In this document: piece after piece, positions 35,571 through 44,931 of the stretch
Numbering within the stretch: position 1 is the stretch's first letter
Layout of the letters: each line of letters opens with the position of its first letter
DNA from: Candidatus Gottesmanbacteria bacterium
GTDB lineage: Bacteria > Patescibacteriota > Microgenomatia > UBA10105 > UBA927
Assembly (NCBI GenBank): GCA_963790805.1
Contig: CAWBPL010000002.1
Coordinates: 256,696-320,695, forward strand
Reading direction: 5' to 3'
DNA length: 64,000 nt
Translations under genes and position numbers: made by a program
Notes under the pieces: generated by a model
What the model saw: only the letters and a program-made list of their open reading frames with translations
Databases searched by the model: none
What the model was told of the DNA's origin: nothing

Positions 35571-35599
35571 TTGTCTAACATTATTAGATATGTTAAAAT
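35571..35599 (+). promoter_or_regulatory. sigma70-type promoter (extended -10), leaderless, for the NRAMP gene, with an overlapping inverted repeat
   Basis: TTGTCT (35571-35576), 17-nt spacer, TGtTAAAAT (35591-35599), 6 nt, ATG 35606. The inverted repeat TAACAT-N8-ATGTTA (35576-35595) covers the spacer and -10 box. Confidence 0.5.
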
Positions 35600-35605
35600 C
35601 AATAA

Positions 35606-36991
35606 ATGCAAACTGACTCTTCTTCAGATACATCATTACCTCCGGAGTTAACTTCAGAGGATATTCATCGGGCTAGCGACCGGTTGCGCGTTCGGAACGC
35701 ACGTGAGGGCAAAAGCAAAAGGAGCCGTTTGTGGCTTCTGTTTTTACTCGTCGGACCTGGAATTTTAGTAATGCTCGGAGAAAACGATGGGCCGAGCATG
35801 CTGTCGTACGCGGCTACCGGAGCAACCTACGGAATCGGTTTTTTTATTCCTTTCATCGTACTGACATTCATCATGGCCTTTGTCATACAGGAATTAACCG
35901 TCAGGTTGGCGGCTGTAACACACCGTGGTCATGCCGAACTTATTTTTGATCGGTTCGGCCCGTTCTGGGGATGGTTTTCCATGATCGATCTCGCCGTTTT
36001 AAACTTTCTCACAGTCGTCGTTGAATTTATCGCCATTCAGTCCGGACTGGGGTATTTCGGTGTCCCGACGTATATCGCCGTCAGTATCGGCCTTGCGCTG
36101 TGTGTCGGCGTCATGCTCTCCCGACGCTACTGGACATGGGAACGAATTGCACTGTTATTATCCGTTTTTAACTGCCTGTTTGTGCCGGTGGCATTTCTCG
36201 TTCATCCCAACTGGGGAGAGGTGGGTCATTCACTTATCACATGGACCCCCCTGCCGAAACCTTTCAACCTGAATCTCCTGCTGTTTATCATGTCAGATAT
36301 CGGGGCGACGGTTACGCCATGGATGCTTTTTTTCCAACAGAGCGCTCTCAAAGATAAAGGGTTAACGCCGAAAGACATTCCCCACGCACGGATTGATACA
36401 GCTCTCGGTGCCGTATTAGCTTCCCTGTTCGGCGTTGCAGCTGTTGTGGCTTCATCAGTTCTGTTTACTCATCATGTGGACACATTCAGCTTTTCAAGCG
36501 GTCCGTTCGCCGCTGCCCAATTTGCTCAGGCGCTGGAGCCTTTTGCAGGACACGTCGGATCCACCATATTTGCGCTTGCGATTCTCGAGGCGGGATTATT
36601 AGCAACCATTACCATTTCAAGTTCAACTGCCTATGCCTTTGGCGAAATCACCGGAGCCGCACACAGTCTCAACCGTCCGCTCAAAGAAGCAATGGGATTT
36701 TATGCGGTGATGATCGCAAGCGCCGCTCTTGCCGCCGCGATTGTCGTCATCCCAAATGCACCGCTGACACTTATTGTGCTTGTCGTGAATGTTATTGCGA
36801 CGCTTGCTATGCCGCCAGCTCTCATATTTCTTATTTTATTGGTAAATGACCGGAAATTAATGGGTGAGTATGTCAATAGCCGCATTGCAAATATATTCGC
36901 AATCAGTATTACGGTTTTTCTTGTCGTAGTCGGTTGTATTTGGGGTGTCATGACTATTCTGACGGGATTGGGAATGTTACCGAATACGTAA
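35606..36991 (+). CDS. NRAMP-family cation transporter with non-canonical metal-site residues
   Basis: About 11 TM helices. TM1 GPGILVMLGENDGPSM aligns to E. coli MntH GPAFIAAIGYIDPGNF. TM6 IGATVTPWML aligns to LGATIMPHVI. Confidence 0.75.
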   Translation: MQTDSSSDTSLPPELTSEDIHRASDRLRVRNAREGKSKRSRLWLLFLLVGPGILVMLGENDGPSMLSYAATGATYGIGFFIPFIVLTFIMAFVIQELTVRLAAVTHRGHAELIFDRFGPFWGWFSMIDLAVLNFLTVVVEFIAIQSGLGYFGVPTYIAVSIGLALCVGVMLSRRYWTWERIALLLSVFNCLFVPVAFLVHPNWGEVGHSLITWTPLPKPFNLNLLLFIMSDIGATVTPWMLFFQQSALKDKGLTPKDIPHARIDTALGAVLASLFGVAAVVASSVLFTHHVDTFSFSSGPFAAAQFAQALEPFAGHVGSTIFALAILEAGLLATITISSSTAYAFGEITGAAHSLNRPLKEAMGFYAVMIASAALAAAIVVIPNAPLTLIVLVVNVIATLAMPPALIFLILLVNDRKLMGEYVNSRIANIFAISITVFLVVVGCIWGVMTILTGLGMLPNT

Positions 36992-37029
36992 AGAGACTGT
37001 ATGAAACGCATGTATAAAGGAGGCATTGT

Positions 37030-37269
37030 ATGAAAAATAGAAACAAGAAAGGTAATCTCACGATCAATGAGAACGCACGGAGTCAGGTCTGGGTTATTGA
37101 TATTCTTAAATCTGACGATTTACATCTTGCGAATGCCAAAAACGCGGGTCCCTACGGAAGAGCAAAACTCAAACCGTCTGTTAAGATTTTACTTTGGGCT
37201 ATGCGTATTTACGTTTTACTGTCTCTCGTTCTTATCGTAGCTCAATTATTCATCAGCCTAAAAAAATAA
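37030..37269 (+). CDS. small tail-anchored membrane protein, unknown function
   Basis: 79 aa with a C-terminal TM helix (ILLWAMRIYVLLSLVLIVAQLFI). Strong SD AAAGGAGG 6 nt upstream. Confidence 0.6.
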   Translation: MKNRNKKGNLTINENARSQVWVIDILKSDDLHLANAKNAGPYGRAKLKPSVKILLWAMRIYVLLSLVLIVAQLFISLKK

Positions 37270-37317
37270 TGTACGGGGGTTTCTATTATTTTGTCACGGT
37301 ATATAATGCAATACACT

Positions 37318-37701
37318 ATGAAAAACAATCTTACCGCTCCGAACGAAGACTACCTCGAACGGATCTATGAACTTCTCGCGGAAAAGGGATACGCGCGCGT
37401 GACTGATATTGCCGAAAGGCTTGACGTTAAACCGGCCTCCGTCACCATGATGCTTAAAAAACTCGAACAATCAGGACACATTACACGTGAATCATATCGT
37501 GGGTTTACGCTTACACCAAAAGGCCGTTCAGTTGCTTTAGGTATCCGCAAACGTCACCAAATCCTCAATGAATTTCTCCATTTGCTCAATCTTCCCCAGC
37601 GCATTATCGATAAAGATATCGAGGGATTAGAACATTATTTAAGTAACGAAACGCTGGTACAGTTGGAACATTTTGTGCACCGTCTGAAAAAAAACACTTA
37701 G
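37318..37701 (+). CDS. mntR: DtxR/MntR-family metal-dependent transcriptional regulator
   Basis: EDYLERIYELLAEKGYARVTDIAERLDVKPASVTMMLKKLEQSGHI...RHQILNEFL. Start uncertain among 37291 (TTG), 37306 and 37318 (ATG). Confidence 0.8.
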   Translation: MKNNLTAPNEDYLERIYELLAEKGYARVTDIAERLDVKPASVTMMLKKLEQSGHITRESYRGFTLTPKGRSVALGIRKRHQILNEFLHLLNLPQRIIDKDIEGLEHYLSNETLVQLEHFVHRLKKNT

Positions 37702-37788
37702 TAATCGGTTTCAATCTGTAATCTACAGCACCATACGCCCCAATATTTTATTGTGTCCCACATTACATTCATGAGATAATCACTGCAT

Positions 37789-39600
37789 ATGCAACCGATC
37801 TTTCGCATTATCAAATTCACGAAACAATATGCCGCCTGGTATATTTTCATGGGATTTTTTGTGATCCTTATTTCACTACTTACGCTCGTCGGACCGTATA
37901 TAACTATGCTCGTCGTCAATGCGATTGTTAGCCAATTGGGCGGCAAACCGGCGAACGTTTCTTACATCATAACGCTTCTGGCTATCTTTCTGGCAACCGA
38001 TGTGACGATAACGATATTCACCGCATTCGGCCAATGGATCGGAGACTTGCTTTCTATCAAACTGCAGACATTCCTGTCTAAACGTTTCTACGAACACGTA
38101 TTGTCACTCCATATCGGCTATTTTGATAACGAAATCACCGGCAAAATCGTCAACAAATTATACAGGGGCATTACGTCCATCACTGATTTCATTCAAAGCA
38201 TGCTCAATAATTTTCTGCCGTTTTTCTTAACCGCCCTCGTGACGATCATATTGCTCGCGCGATATTCGCCGTTTATCGCGGTTCTCCTTACAATTCTTTT
38301 TCCCGTGTATATCATGATTTCCCATGGCTCAAGCCGCGCGTGGATGAGTATCGAAGACAAAAAGAATGAGATAAGCGATTTATCGCAAGGACGGGTATTT
38401 GAAAGCTTGGTGGGTATCCGCGTCGTCAAATCATTCGCGGCGGAACTCGCGGAACTTAAAGCATTTCTTACCAGCCGTCATGAAATTGAAACGCTGACCC
38501 AAAAACAAACGCGTCAATGGCACCTCTACGATTTTGCCCGACGGTTTACTCTCAACATTATCCTATTCGGGATTTTCAGTTACATCGTATATTGGACATT
38601 TCAAAAACGGTATTCCCTTGGAGAGATGACATTTTTACTACAGCTCGTCAATCAGGCGCGTTTCCCGCTGTTTGCCATGTCATTTATTCTGGAGCAAATC
38701 CAACAGGCAAGCGCAGGATCCGCTGATTATTTTCAGGTGCTCGAATCTCAAACACAAATTCATGACCGGCCGGACGCTAAACCGTTTATCCGAAGGCCAG
38801 CAAAACAACAAATTCCGATTATTCAATTTAATCATGTGTCATTCACCTATGATCAAGGGAAAAAAGTGCTTCATGATATTTCTTTTAGTATCCAAACCGG
38901 CGAAAAATTTGCACTCGTCGGAGAAAGCGGCCAAGGAAAATCAACGATTGTCAATCTGCTTCTTCGCTACTATGAACCACAACAAGGAACGATTTCGCTA
39001 TACGGAGAAAATATAGAGAATGTGACACAAAAGTCGCTCCACGATCAAATTGCCGTCGTATTTCAGGAATCGCTACTTTTCTCCGGATCGATTATGGACA
39101 ATATCCGCTATGGAAAACCCGAAGCATCCGATGAGATGGTGATAAAAGCCGCAAAAGCGGCAAATGCCCACGAATTTATTTTGGGACTTCCGGGCGGCTA
39201 CCAAAGTACCATCGGCGAGCGGGGCGTAAAACTTTCCGGCGGTCAAAAACAAAGGATTTCGATTGCCCGCGCTATGATTAAAAATGCACCGATCATTATT
39301 TTGGATGAGGCAACGAGTTCTTTGGATTCCAAAGCAGAAGTAGAAGTACAGAAGGGATTGGAAGAATTGTTGAAAGGAAGAACGGCAATCATTATCGCCC
39401 ACAGACTTTCGACCATTGCGTCAGCTAACCATGTTCTTGTTCTTCACGGCGGCCGCGTCGCACAGTATGGTTCGCATGCAGAATTACTGCGTGATCCAAA
39501 AGGGTTATACGCCCAGCTTGTGTCGTTGCAACAGCGGTTACTGAAAGCTCCTTCTGAAGACACCAAGGAAAAACTCGCCACATTTGATTTAGTGGGATAA
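37789..39600 (+). CDS. ABC exporter, fused permease-ATPase (MsbA/MdlB-like)
   Basis: Six N-terminal TM helices. Walker A GESGQGKST, signature LSGGQKQRISIARA, Walker B IIILDEATS. TGaGATAAT lies 8 nt before the ATG. Confidence 0.9.
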   Translation: MQPIFRIIKFTKQYAAWYIFMGFFVILISLLTLVGPYITMLVVNAIVSQLGGKPANVSYIITLLAIFLATDVTITIFTAFGQWIGDLLSIKLQTFLSKRFYEHVLSLHIGYFDNEITGKIVNKLYRGITSITDFIQSMLNNFLPFFLTALVTIILLARYSPFIAVLLTILFPVYIMISHGSSRAWMSIEDKKNEISDLSQGRVFESLVGIRVVKSFAAELAELKAFLTSRHEIETLTQKQTRQWHLYDFARRFTLNIILFGIFSYIVYWTFQKRYSLGEMTFLLQLVNQARFPLFAMSFILEQIQQASAGSADYFQVLESQTQIHDRPDAKPFIRRPAKQQIPIIQFNHVSFTYDQGKKVLHDISFSIQTGEKFALVGESGQGKSTIVNLLLRYYEPQQGTISLYGENIENVTQKSLHDQIAVVFQESLLFSGSIMDNIRYGKPEASDEMVIKAAKAANAHEFILGLPGGYQSTIGERGVKLSGGQKQRISIARAMIKNAPIIILDEATSSLDSKAEVEVQKGLEELLKGRTAIIIAHRLSTIASANHVLVLHGGRVAQYGSHAELLRDPKGLYAQLVSLQQRLLKAPSEDTKEKLATFDLVG

Positions 39601-39631
39601 TTCGATTTACGCTTTCATGTACAATACAGGT

Positions 39632-40492
39632 ATGAAAAATCTCGGTTTGGTCACGTACCGCAAACTTCCCCATTTATGTAAAAGCGATCAGCTTCTTGTT
39701 GAACCGTTTAGACAGGAAGGTTTTCATGCCGTCGCGGTTTCTTGGGATGATCCATCTGTCGACTGGTCAACGTTTGATTATCTTGTTCTTCGATCGTGTT
39801 GGAATTATTACCGGCAGTATGAAAAATTTTTAAATTGGTTATCTTTAATTGAACAATTGCATATACAACTATGGAACCCTCTACCGATAATTAAATGGAA
39901 TATAAATAAAAAATATCTTAAAGAATTGGAGTATAAGAGCATTCCTACGGTGCCAACCATACACATCGAAAAAGGAACAAAATACCTTCTCGCCGATATT
40001 GCAAAAAGAAAACAATGGACCAATCTCGTTGTAAAACCAGCAATCAATGCTGAGGGAACGAATATAGTATTAATAAAACAAAATGAATATTCCATTAAAC
40101 AACGACAGTTTGAAACTCTATGTCAACAATCGGATATTTTGATACAACCACTTATGCAGAAAATGCTGACAGAAGGAGAATATTCTCTCGTATTTCTGGG
40201 GAATCAATTTAGCCATGCAGTGCTTAAAACGCCTCAACGCGGAGATTTCCGTTTCAACTTACGCCGCGGTGCAATAAAAAAAATTGAATTATCAAAAAAA
40301 TTTACACAGCAGGCCGCTTATATTTTAACAACCATTCAGTCTCCTCTTCTCTATGCTCGCGTCGATGGAATTAATCAAAATGGAAAATTAATACTTATGG
40401 AGCTCGAACTTATCGAACCATATCTCTTTTTAGATCAAGACCGAAAATCCCCCGAGCGGTTCATACAAGCGTTTAAAAAATTGATAGAGTGA
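39632..40492 (+). CDS. ATP-grasp domain protein (RimK/glutathione-synthetase-like)
   Basis: LVVKPAINAEGTNIVLI, LIQPLM....GEYSLVFLGNQFSHAV, YARVDG....LILMELELIEP. Start at MKNLGL (TACAAT 6 nt upstream); the track start is 39617. Confidence 0.6.
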   Translation: MKNLGLVTYRKLPHLCKSDQLLVEPFRQEGFHAVAVSWDDPSVDWSTFDYLVLRSCWNYYRQYEKFLNWLSLIEQLHIQLWNPLPIIKWNINKKYLKELEYKSIPTVPTIHIEKGTKYLLADIAKRKQWTNLVVKPAINAEGTNIVLIKQNEYSIKQRQFETLCQQSDILIQPLMQKMLTEGEYSLVFLGNQFSHAVLKTPQRGDFRFNLRRGAIKKIELSKKFTQQAAYILTTIQSPLLYARVDGINQNGKLILMELELIEPYLFLDQDRKSPERFIQAFKKLIE

Positions 40493-40493
40493 T

Positions 40494-40940
40494 TTAAGCT
40501 TCCCGCGAACAGCAAAATTCCACTGTTTTGTAGCGGCCAATATCAATCTTTGTGATAATGGAAAGTGGTGTTGGCAACGTGTCAAGCGAAAACCACCCGA
40601 TTGCGTCACATTTATCCGGTTCTAAAATCTTAGGCTTCTGTCCTTTTGCCATTGTTGCAAGAAACGTGGTCGCCACCCAATGCTGATCGTCCTTTGGAAT
40701 CAAATGGTTGGCAGCCGGAAACTGTTTGATAATATCGATTTCTACTCCGTACTCTTCTTTCATTTCCCGCCGCACGGCATCTTCCAGCGTCTCGCCAAAC
40801 TTCACTGCTCCTCCCGGCGTTTCCCAACATCCGCGTTCATTTTTAGCTTTCTTGCCGCGCTTCGATAAAAATATCTCACCCTTGACATTAAGAATCAGAG
40901 CACCCGCTGAAACGCCTATGTAATCAATTCCCTGTTTCAT
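40494..40940 (-). CDS. NUDIX hydrolase
   Basis: Nudix box GGAVKFGETLEDAVRREMKEEYGVEI. TATACT lies 8 nt before the ATG. Confidence 0.85.
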   Translation of the reverse strand: MKQGIDYIGVSAGALILNVKGEIFLSKRGKKAKNERGCWETPGGAVKFGETLEDAVRREMKEEYGVEIDIIKQFPAANHLIPKDDQHWVATTFLATMAKGQKPKILEPDKCDAIGWFSLDTLPTPLSIITKIDIGRYKTVEFCCSREA

Positions 40941-40986
40941 GCGCCTCTAGTATAGAGAAAATCGTGCGGATATTCTATTCCTATAA

Positions 40987-42087
40987 CTAATATCCGTCAG
41001 AATTGGGGGGTTCGATAGGTTTATCAATCGGATGCGTGTCGCTTAATTGAACCGGCGGCTTTTGATCGTTTGAGGTCAAATTAACAACATCTTCCTGATT
41101 GTGTTTTTTCGACATCCGGATAAATATACCAACTGCAATCACCAAAAGTACAACCGCCGCACCAATAATAGCAAAAACAAACGTCATTGGGCTCGTTGAA
41201 CTTGCCTGCACAATCGGCGTAATCGGCGGCCCCTGTGTAGGACTGGGCGTATCTGTAGGAGGTTGACTGTTTAAATCCTGTGTTGTTCCCTGATCGTTCA
41301 CTGAAGAACCATTGATTGATGTCGGTGTCGGACTTGATGTTGAATCGGATGAAGAAGCTGAAACGCCAGCCGCTCCTGAAAGTTCATTGGAATATGACCC
41401 CGCCATGCAGCCATTCACAGCTTTTACGGCAAAATAATACGTTTTTCCCGTTGCGAGCGAACCAACTGTATAGGATATCACGTTGCCGACGTTCGGGTTT
41501 CCATAAATATAGGAACCTGACGTTGTACCATACGAAACAAGGTAATAGCTCACGGGGGTGGATGCGGCTGACCATGTTAAGGTAACACTGTGCGCATCGG
41601 ATGATACCGCTGATGTAAGTTGAGGCGTACTTCCGGGAGCAGCATCATAACAACCACCAACCGGTGTTGGCGTAAGTGTTGGTGTCGGTGTCGGAGCAAA
41701 CGTTATAGACCCCTGCAACGTAATCGTTGTTCCCCCATCGGTAACGTTTACCGTATCAGTCCCCGGGTTATTGGATGCCATGGTAAAATTAGCCTGACCG
41801 GAACCGTTTAACGTGACCGATGTTGGATTTATAATCGCCGTGGAATCACTGGAAGATAAACTCACCGTATCCCCAGTTATAAGATTGCCCGAACTGTCTT
41901 TGATCGTTATGGTTATGGCAAATGTTGATTGACCGTTTGCCGTCACTGTGTCGGTACTTGCCTGCATGATAGATTGGCCGGCATCAGGCGTACCATTCGC
42001 AGAAACAGAAGCAAGACGGGGTAAAAATTGAAAGAGAAAAATAAGCAGTGCACCTATGCTTAAAATATTTCTCACGATATGTTTCAT
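40987..42087 (-). CDS. type I membrane surface protein (Ig-like + FN3-like domains, S/T/P linker)
   Basis: Signal peptide, Big-like repeat (TVTANGQSTFAITITIKDSSGN), PTPTPTLTPTP linker, FN3-like block (LTWSAASTPVSYYLVSYG), S/T/P stalk, TM helix, cytoplasmic tail. Confidence 0.6.
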   Translation of the reverse strand: MKHIVRNILSIGALLIFLFQFLPRLASVSANGTPDAGQSIMQASTDTVTANGQSTFAITITIKDSSGNLITGDTVSLSSSDSTAIINPTSVTLNGSGQANFTMASNNPGTDTVNVTDGGTTITLQGSITFAPTPTPTLTPTPVGGCYDAAPGSTPQLTSAVSSDAHSVTLTWSAASTPVSYYLVSYGTTSGSYIYGNPNVGNVISYTVGSLATGKTYYFAVKAVNGCMAGSYSNELSGAAGVSASSSDSTSSPTPTSINGSSVNDQGTTQDLNSQPPTDTPSPTQGPPITPIVQASSTSPMTFVFAIIGAAVVLLVIAVGIFIRMSKKHNQEDVVNLTSNDQKPPVQLSDTHPIDKPIEPPNSDGY

Positions 42088-42168
42088 AGTTCCTTAACCC
42101 TATTGTACTACTCGTAACGTTATTATCAGTATACAGACCATTACCTGAAAAATTGCTGAAAATTACAG

Positions 42169-42402
42169 TTATTGGACTTTTTTCTTCATTATTTTACCCC
42201 AACGAATCGTATTCCATACTCGTTCGTGGAAAAAATATAATATAGAACTTGCAACGTTCGTAAATAACGTTATTCCGAGTGTTAAATTAATACGATGCGT
42301 TAATACATACACCACGATAAGATCAGAAACGATTACCACTATTCTGAATGTTACTGATTTAAAAAGTGATCGCTGTGTGTTTTCCCGAAAACGTTCTGTC
42401 AT
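42169..42402 (-). CDS. DUF2061-like small membrane protein
   Basis: KSVTFRIVVIVSDLIVVYVLT...ILYFFHERVWN pattern (from memory). Confidence 0.5.
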   Translation of the reverse strand: MTERFRENTQRSLFKSVTFRIVVIVSDLIVVYVLTHRINLTLGITLFTNVASSILYFFHERVWNTIRWGKIMKKKVQ

Positions 42403-42447
42403 ACCGAATGTATTTTAAATGAGCACCATAGATAATATATTTTGTAT

Positions 42448-42888
42448 TCACCTCGCGGAGCGTTTATGTGCCGAGGGATGCTTAACCAACTTTTTAAATT
42501 TCCCCTCACTATAAAATCTCCAAAACCAGTAGCCGAAAAACAACTGGAACGGAATGTTTGCCCACATGCCCCATGGCAATCCGTAGATCACGGTTAAAAC
42601 CAAAAGTACAAGCCCCAGTCCCCCATTATCCAAAACCCCAAAAAGGAGGAGGTAATTAGTCAACTTCCGGTGCGGATATCTATAGATATATATATAAATG
42701 AAGGTATCTAGAAGGACGAGAGCGCCCCAAATGCGCAGAAGGAGGATTTGTTGTGCATCCAGATATAGTCCGAAAAACGGTAACAGGGTAATCGGGATTA
42801 AGAGGGGCAGAAGCCCCCAGACAACGATAACCATAAAAAACTTAAAAACCATGACGCGTTTGAAGATTTTTGTATCACGGATATTCAT
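42448..42888 (-). CDS. polytopic membrane protein, unknown function
   Basis: Four hydrophobic helices. Start moved to MNIRDTKIF because TGgTATACT lies 6 nt upstream; the track start overlaps the divergent gene by 85 nt. Confidence 0.5.
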   Translation of the reverse strand: MNIRDTKIFKRVMVFKFFMVIVVWGLLPLLIPITLLPFFGLYLDAQQILLLRIWGALVLLDTFIYIYIYRYPHRKLTNYLLLFGVLDNGGLGLVLLVLTVIYGLPWGMWANIPFQLFFGYWFWRFYSEGKFKKLVKHPSAHKRSAR

Positions 42889-42962
42889 ATATTCAGTATA
42901 CCAAATTATTTTTTCGATCGAAGGGTTGTGATATGAGAAACAATCGCGGTACAATAAAATCC

Positions 42963-43628
42963 ATGTCCAAAGGTCCGTTGCTTCTTGCTGGTTCAGGAGA
43001 ATTCACCGATGCGATGATTGACGTCGATCGCTTCTTTCTTCGGACCATCAAGAATCCGGTCGTCGCCATTGTTCCCACCGCGGCAGGTCAGGAACCTGAT
43101 TGGTGGAAATGGGCAGAAAATGGTGTTGCCCATTATAAAAAACTCGACATCCCCGCCTTCGGCGTCCGATTACAAACCAAGGAAGATGCCAATTTGCCAT
43201 CTATTATCGATGAACTAAACAGCGCAAATGTCTATTATTTCTCTGGTGGTGATCCGAGATATGTGCTTTCGGTGATCAATAATTCCGCAGCATGGAAAAC
43301 AATCTATTCACGGTTTCAAAACGGCAGTGCGCTCGCGGGAAGCTCGGCTGGCGCCATGTTTTTGGGATCATGGATACCCTCCAATATTAAAGAGTCGCTC
43401 GAGCACGGAAAAAGAGCGACATGGATTAAAGCATTGAATCTTGTTCCCTACATTATCTGGCCGCATTTCGACTGGGGGTTTCGGATGTTCGGCAATAAAA
43501 TTACAACACTCATGGAAGAAGGGCAAAAAAAATCTCCTTGGCTCGGCATTGACGAAGATACTGCAGTCATCTGGAAAAGTACAGACAAACCCCTCGTTAT
43601 GGGTCAGGGAAAAGCACATACTGGTTAA
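42963..43628 (+). CDS. peptidase S51 / cyanophycinase-like (type 1 glutamine-amidotransferase-like) protein
   Basis: LLLAGSGEF, YFSGGDPRY, nucleophile elbow GSSAGAMFLG. Start at MSKGP, supported by TTGTGA-18-TACAAT-7-ATG. Confidence 0.65.
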   Translation: MSKGPLLLAGSGEFTDAMIDVDRFFLRTIKNPVVAIVPTAAGQEPDWWKWAENGVAHYKKLDIPAFGVRLQTKEDANLPSIIDELNSANVYYFSGGDPRYVLSVINNSAAWKTIYSRFQNGSALAGSSAGAMFLGSWIPSNIKESLEHGKRATWIKALNLVPYIIWPHFDWGFRMFGNKITTLMEEGQKKSPWLGIDEDTAVIWKSTDKPLVMGQGKAHTG

Positions 43629-43700
43629 CAAAAAATCCTCTTTTTTTGCAGTATAGTTTACAAACTGTATCAGTGTGTTATGCTTATATTGAGTTAGGTC

Positions 43701-44903
43701 ATGAAAACGCCCTGTAAGATATGGTTTGCGCTACTCCCCATAGTCATTTGGGCAATGACACATCTGGGAATTTTTGCGGCGCCGGTATATGCAGCTTCTT
43801 CGCCTTCTTTGGGAAACGCATCTGGTTACTCAGTCGTCGCAGGAACTACGGTCACAAACTCCAATACAACAATAATAAGCGGTGATGTCGGCATTAGTCC
43901 CGGCTCAACCCCGCCAAACGATACAACCGGTTTTGGCTCAGTTACGTTAGGTGGCACACTACATGATGCCGATGGTGCTGCGGCAGATGCGCTTACCGAT
44001 ACAAATACGGCATACACCAATCTTGGTTCTCAGGGGTGTGATACGAATTACGGTGCAGTCACCACTGACTTAGCAGGAAAAACACTGACGCCCGGCGTCT
44101 ATTGCTCTGACGCGTTTACACTTACCGGAACGCTGACGTTAAGTGGAAATCCTACTGATGTCTGGGTGTTTAAATCCGCAGGAAATCTGACAACCGTCGG
44201 TTCATCTGCCAATGTTGTTTTTACCGGAGACGGGAATGCCTGCAACGTCTGGTGGTATGTCCCGGGCTCAGTTTCACTTGATGCAGGAAGTTCATTCGTT
44301 GGAAGCATCATCGCAAATTCAAGTCTTTCGATGGCAAGCGGCGCAACGCTGAACGGAAGAGCTTTTTCACCCGGAGCCGACGTTACCTTAGACGGCAACA
44401 CTATATCTGGACCCACCTGTTCCATACCAAATTCTTCATCGTCATCCGAAAATTCATCGTCAGGATCCGTTATGGGCGCTTCTCCTTGTACGCCTACGGA
44501 TATCAAAACCATTCCGACGGTTATTGATACGAAACGATTAAGTCCGACGAGCGTTTCCGCTAACTGGGGTCCGTATGAAGGAATGAATACGTTTATCGTC
44601 GAATACGGGCTTGCCGATGGAAAGTGGGACTACAACACAAAAGTGACGGGCTTTAATACAACGCTTAATGATCTTCCACCCAACCAGCCCATCTGGATTC
44701 ATGTAGCAGCGACTGATGATTGTGCCGTAGGTCCGTTCGGCGGTTCAGTTGAAGCGCCAACCACTCCACGCATGCCCAACACCGGATTTGCACCACAGGA
44801 GGAAATACCTCTATGGCTTATGGTCATCCCCTTAACGCTCTTTGCTTCATCATGCATCTTTGCGGTTACCCAAATAAAACAACTGGTTTCATTCAAGCAT
44901 TAA
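43701..44903 (+). CDS. DUF3494 (ice-binding-like) surface protein with FN3-like domain and MPNTG sorting signal
   Basis: Signal peptide ...PVYA|AS. LGNASGYSVVAGTTVTNSNTTIISGDVGISPGS...LTPGVYC...TLDGNTIS. C-terminus has MPNTG (nt 44772), a hydrophobic helix and a KQLVSFKH tail. Confidence 0.7.
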   Translation: MKTPCKIWFALLPIVIWAMTHLGIFAAPVYAASSPSLGNASGYSVVAGTTVTNSNTTIISGDVGISPGSTPPNDTTGFGSVTLGGTLHDADGAAADALTDTNTAYTNLGSQGCDTNYGAVTTDLAGKTLTPGVYCSDAFTLTGTLTLSGNPTDVWVFKSAGNLTTVGSSANVVFTGDGNACNVWWYVPGSVSLDAGSSFVGSIIANSSLSMASGATLNGRAFSPGADVTLDGNTISGPTCSIPNSSSSSENSSSGSVMGASPCTPTDIKTIPTVIDTKRLSPTSVSANWGPYEGMNTFIVEYGLADGKWDYNTKVTGFNTTLNDLPPNQPIWIHVAATDDCAVGPFGGSVEAPTTPRMPNTGFAPQEEIPLWLMVIPLTLFASSCIFAVTQIKQLVSFKH

Positions 44904-44931
44904 GCATACGAAACTCCTTCGCGCATTAGTT

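Noticed and set aside
37698-37946. 82-aa minus-strand ORF across the mntR / ABC-exporter junction.
   Set aside because: It overlaps the start of the ABC exporter in antisense. That gene's own leaderless promoter occupies the region.
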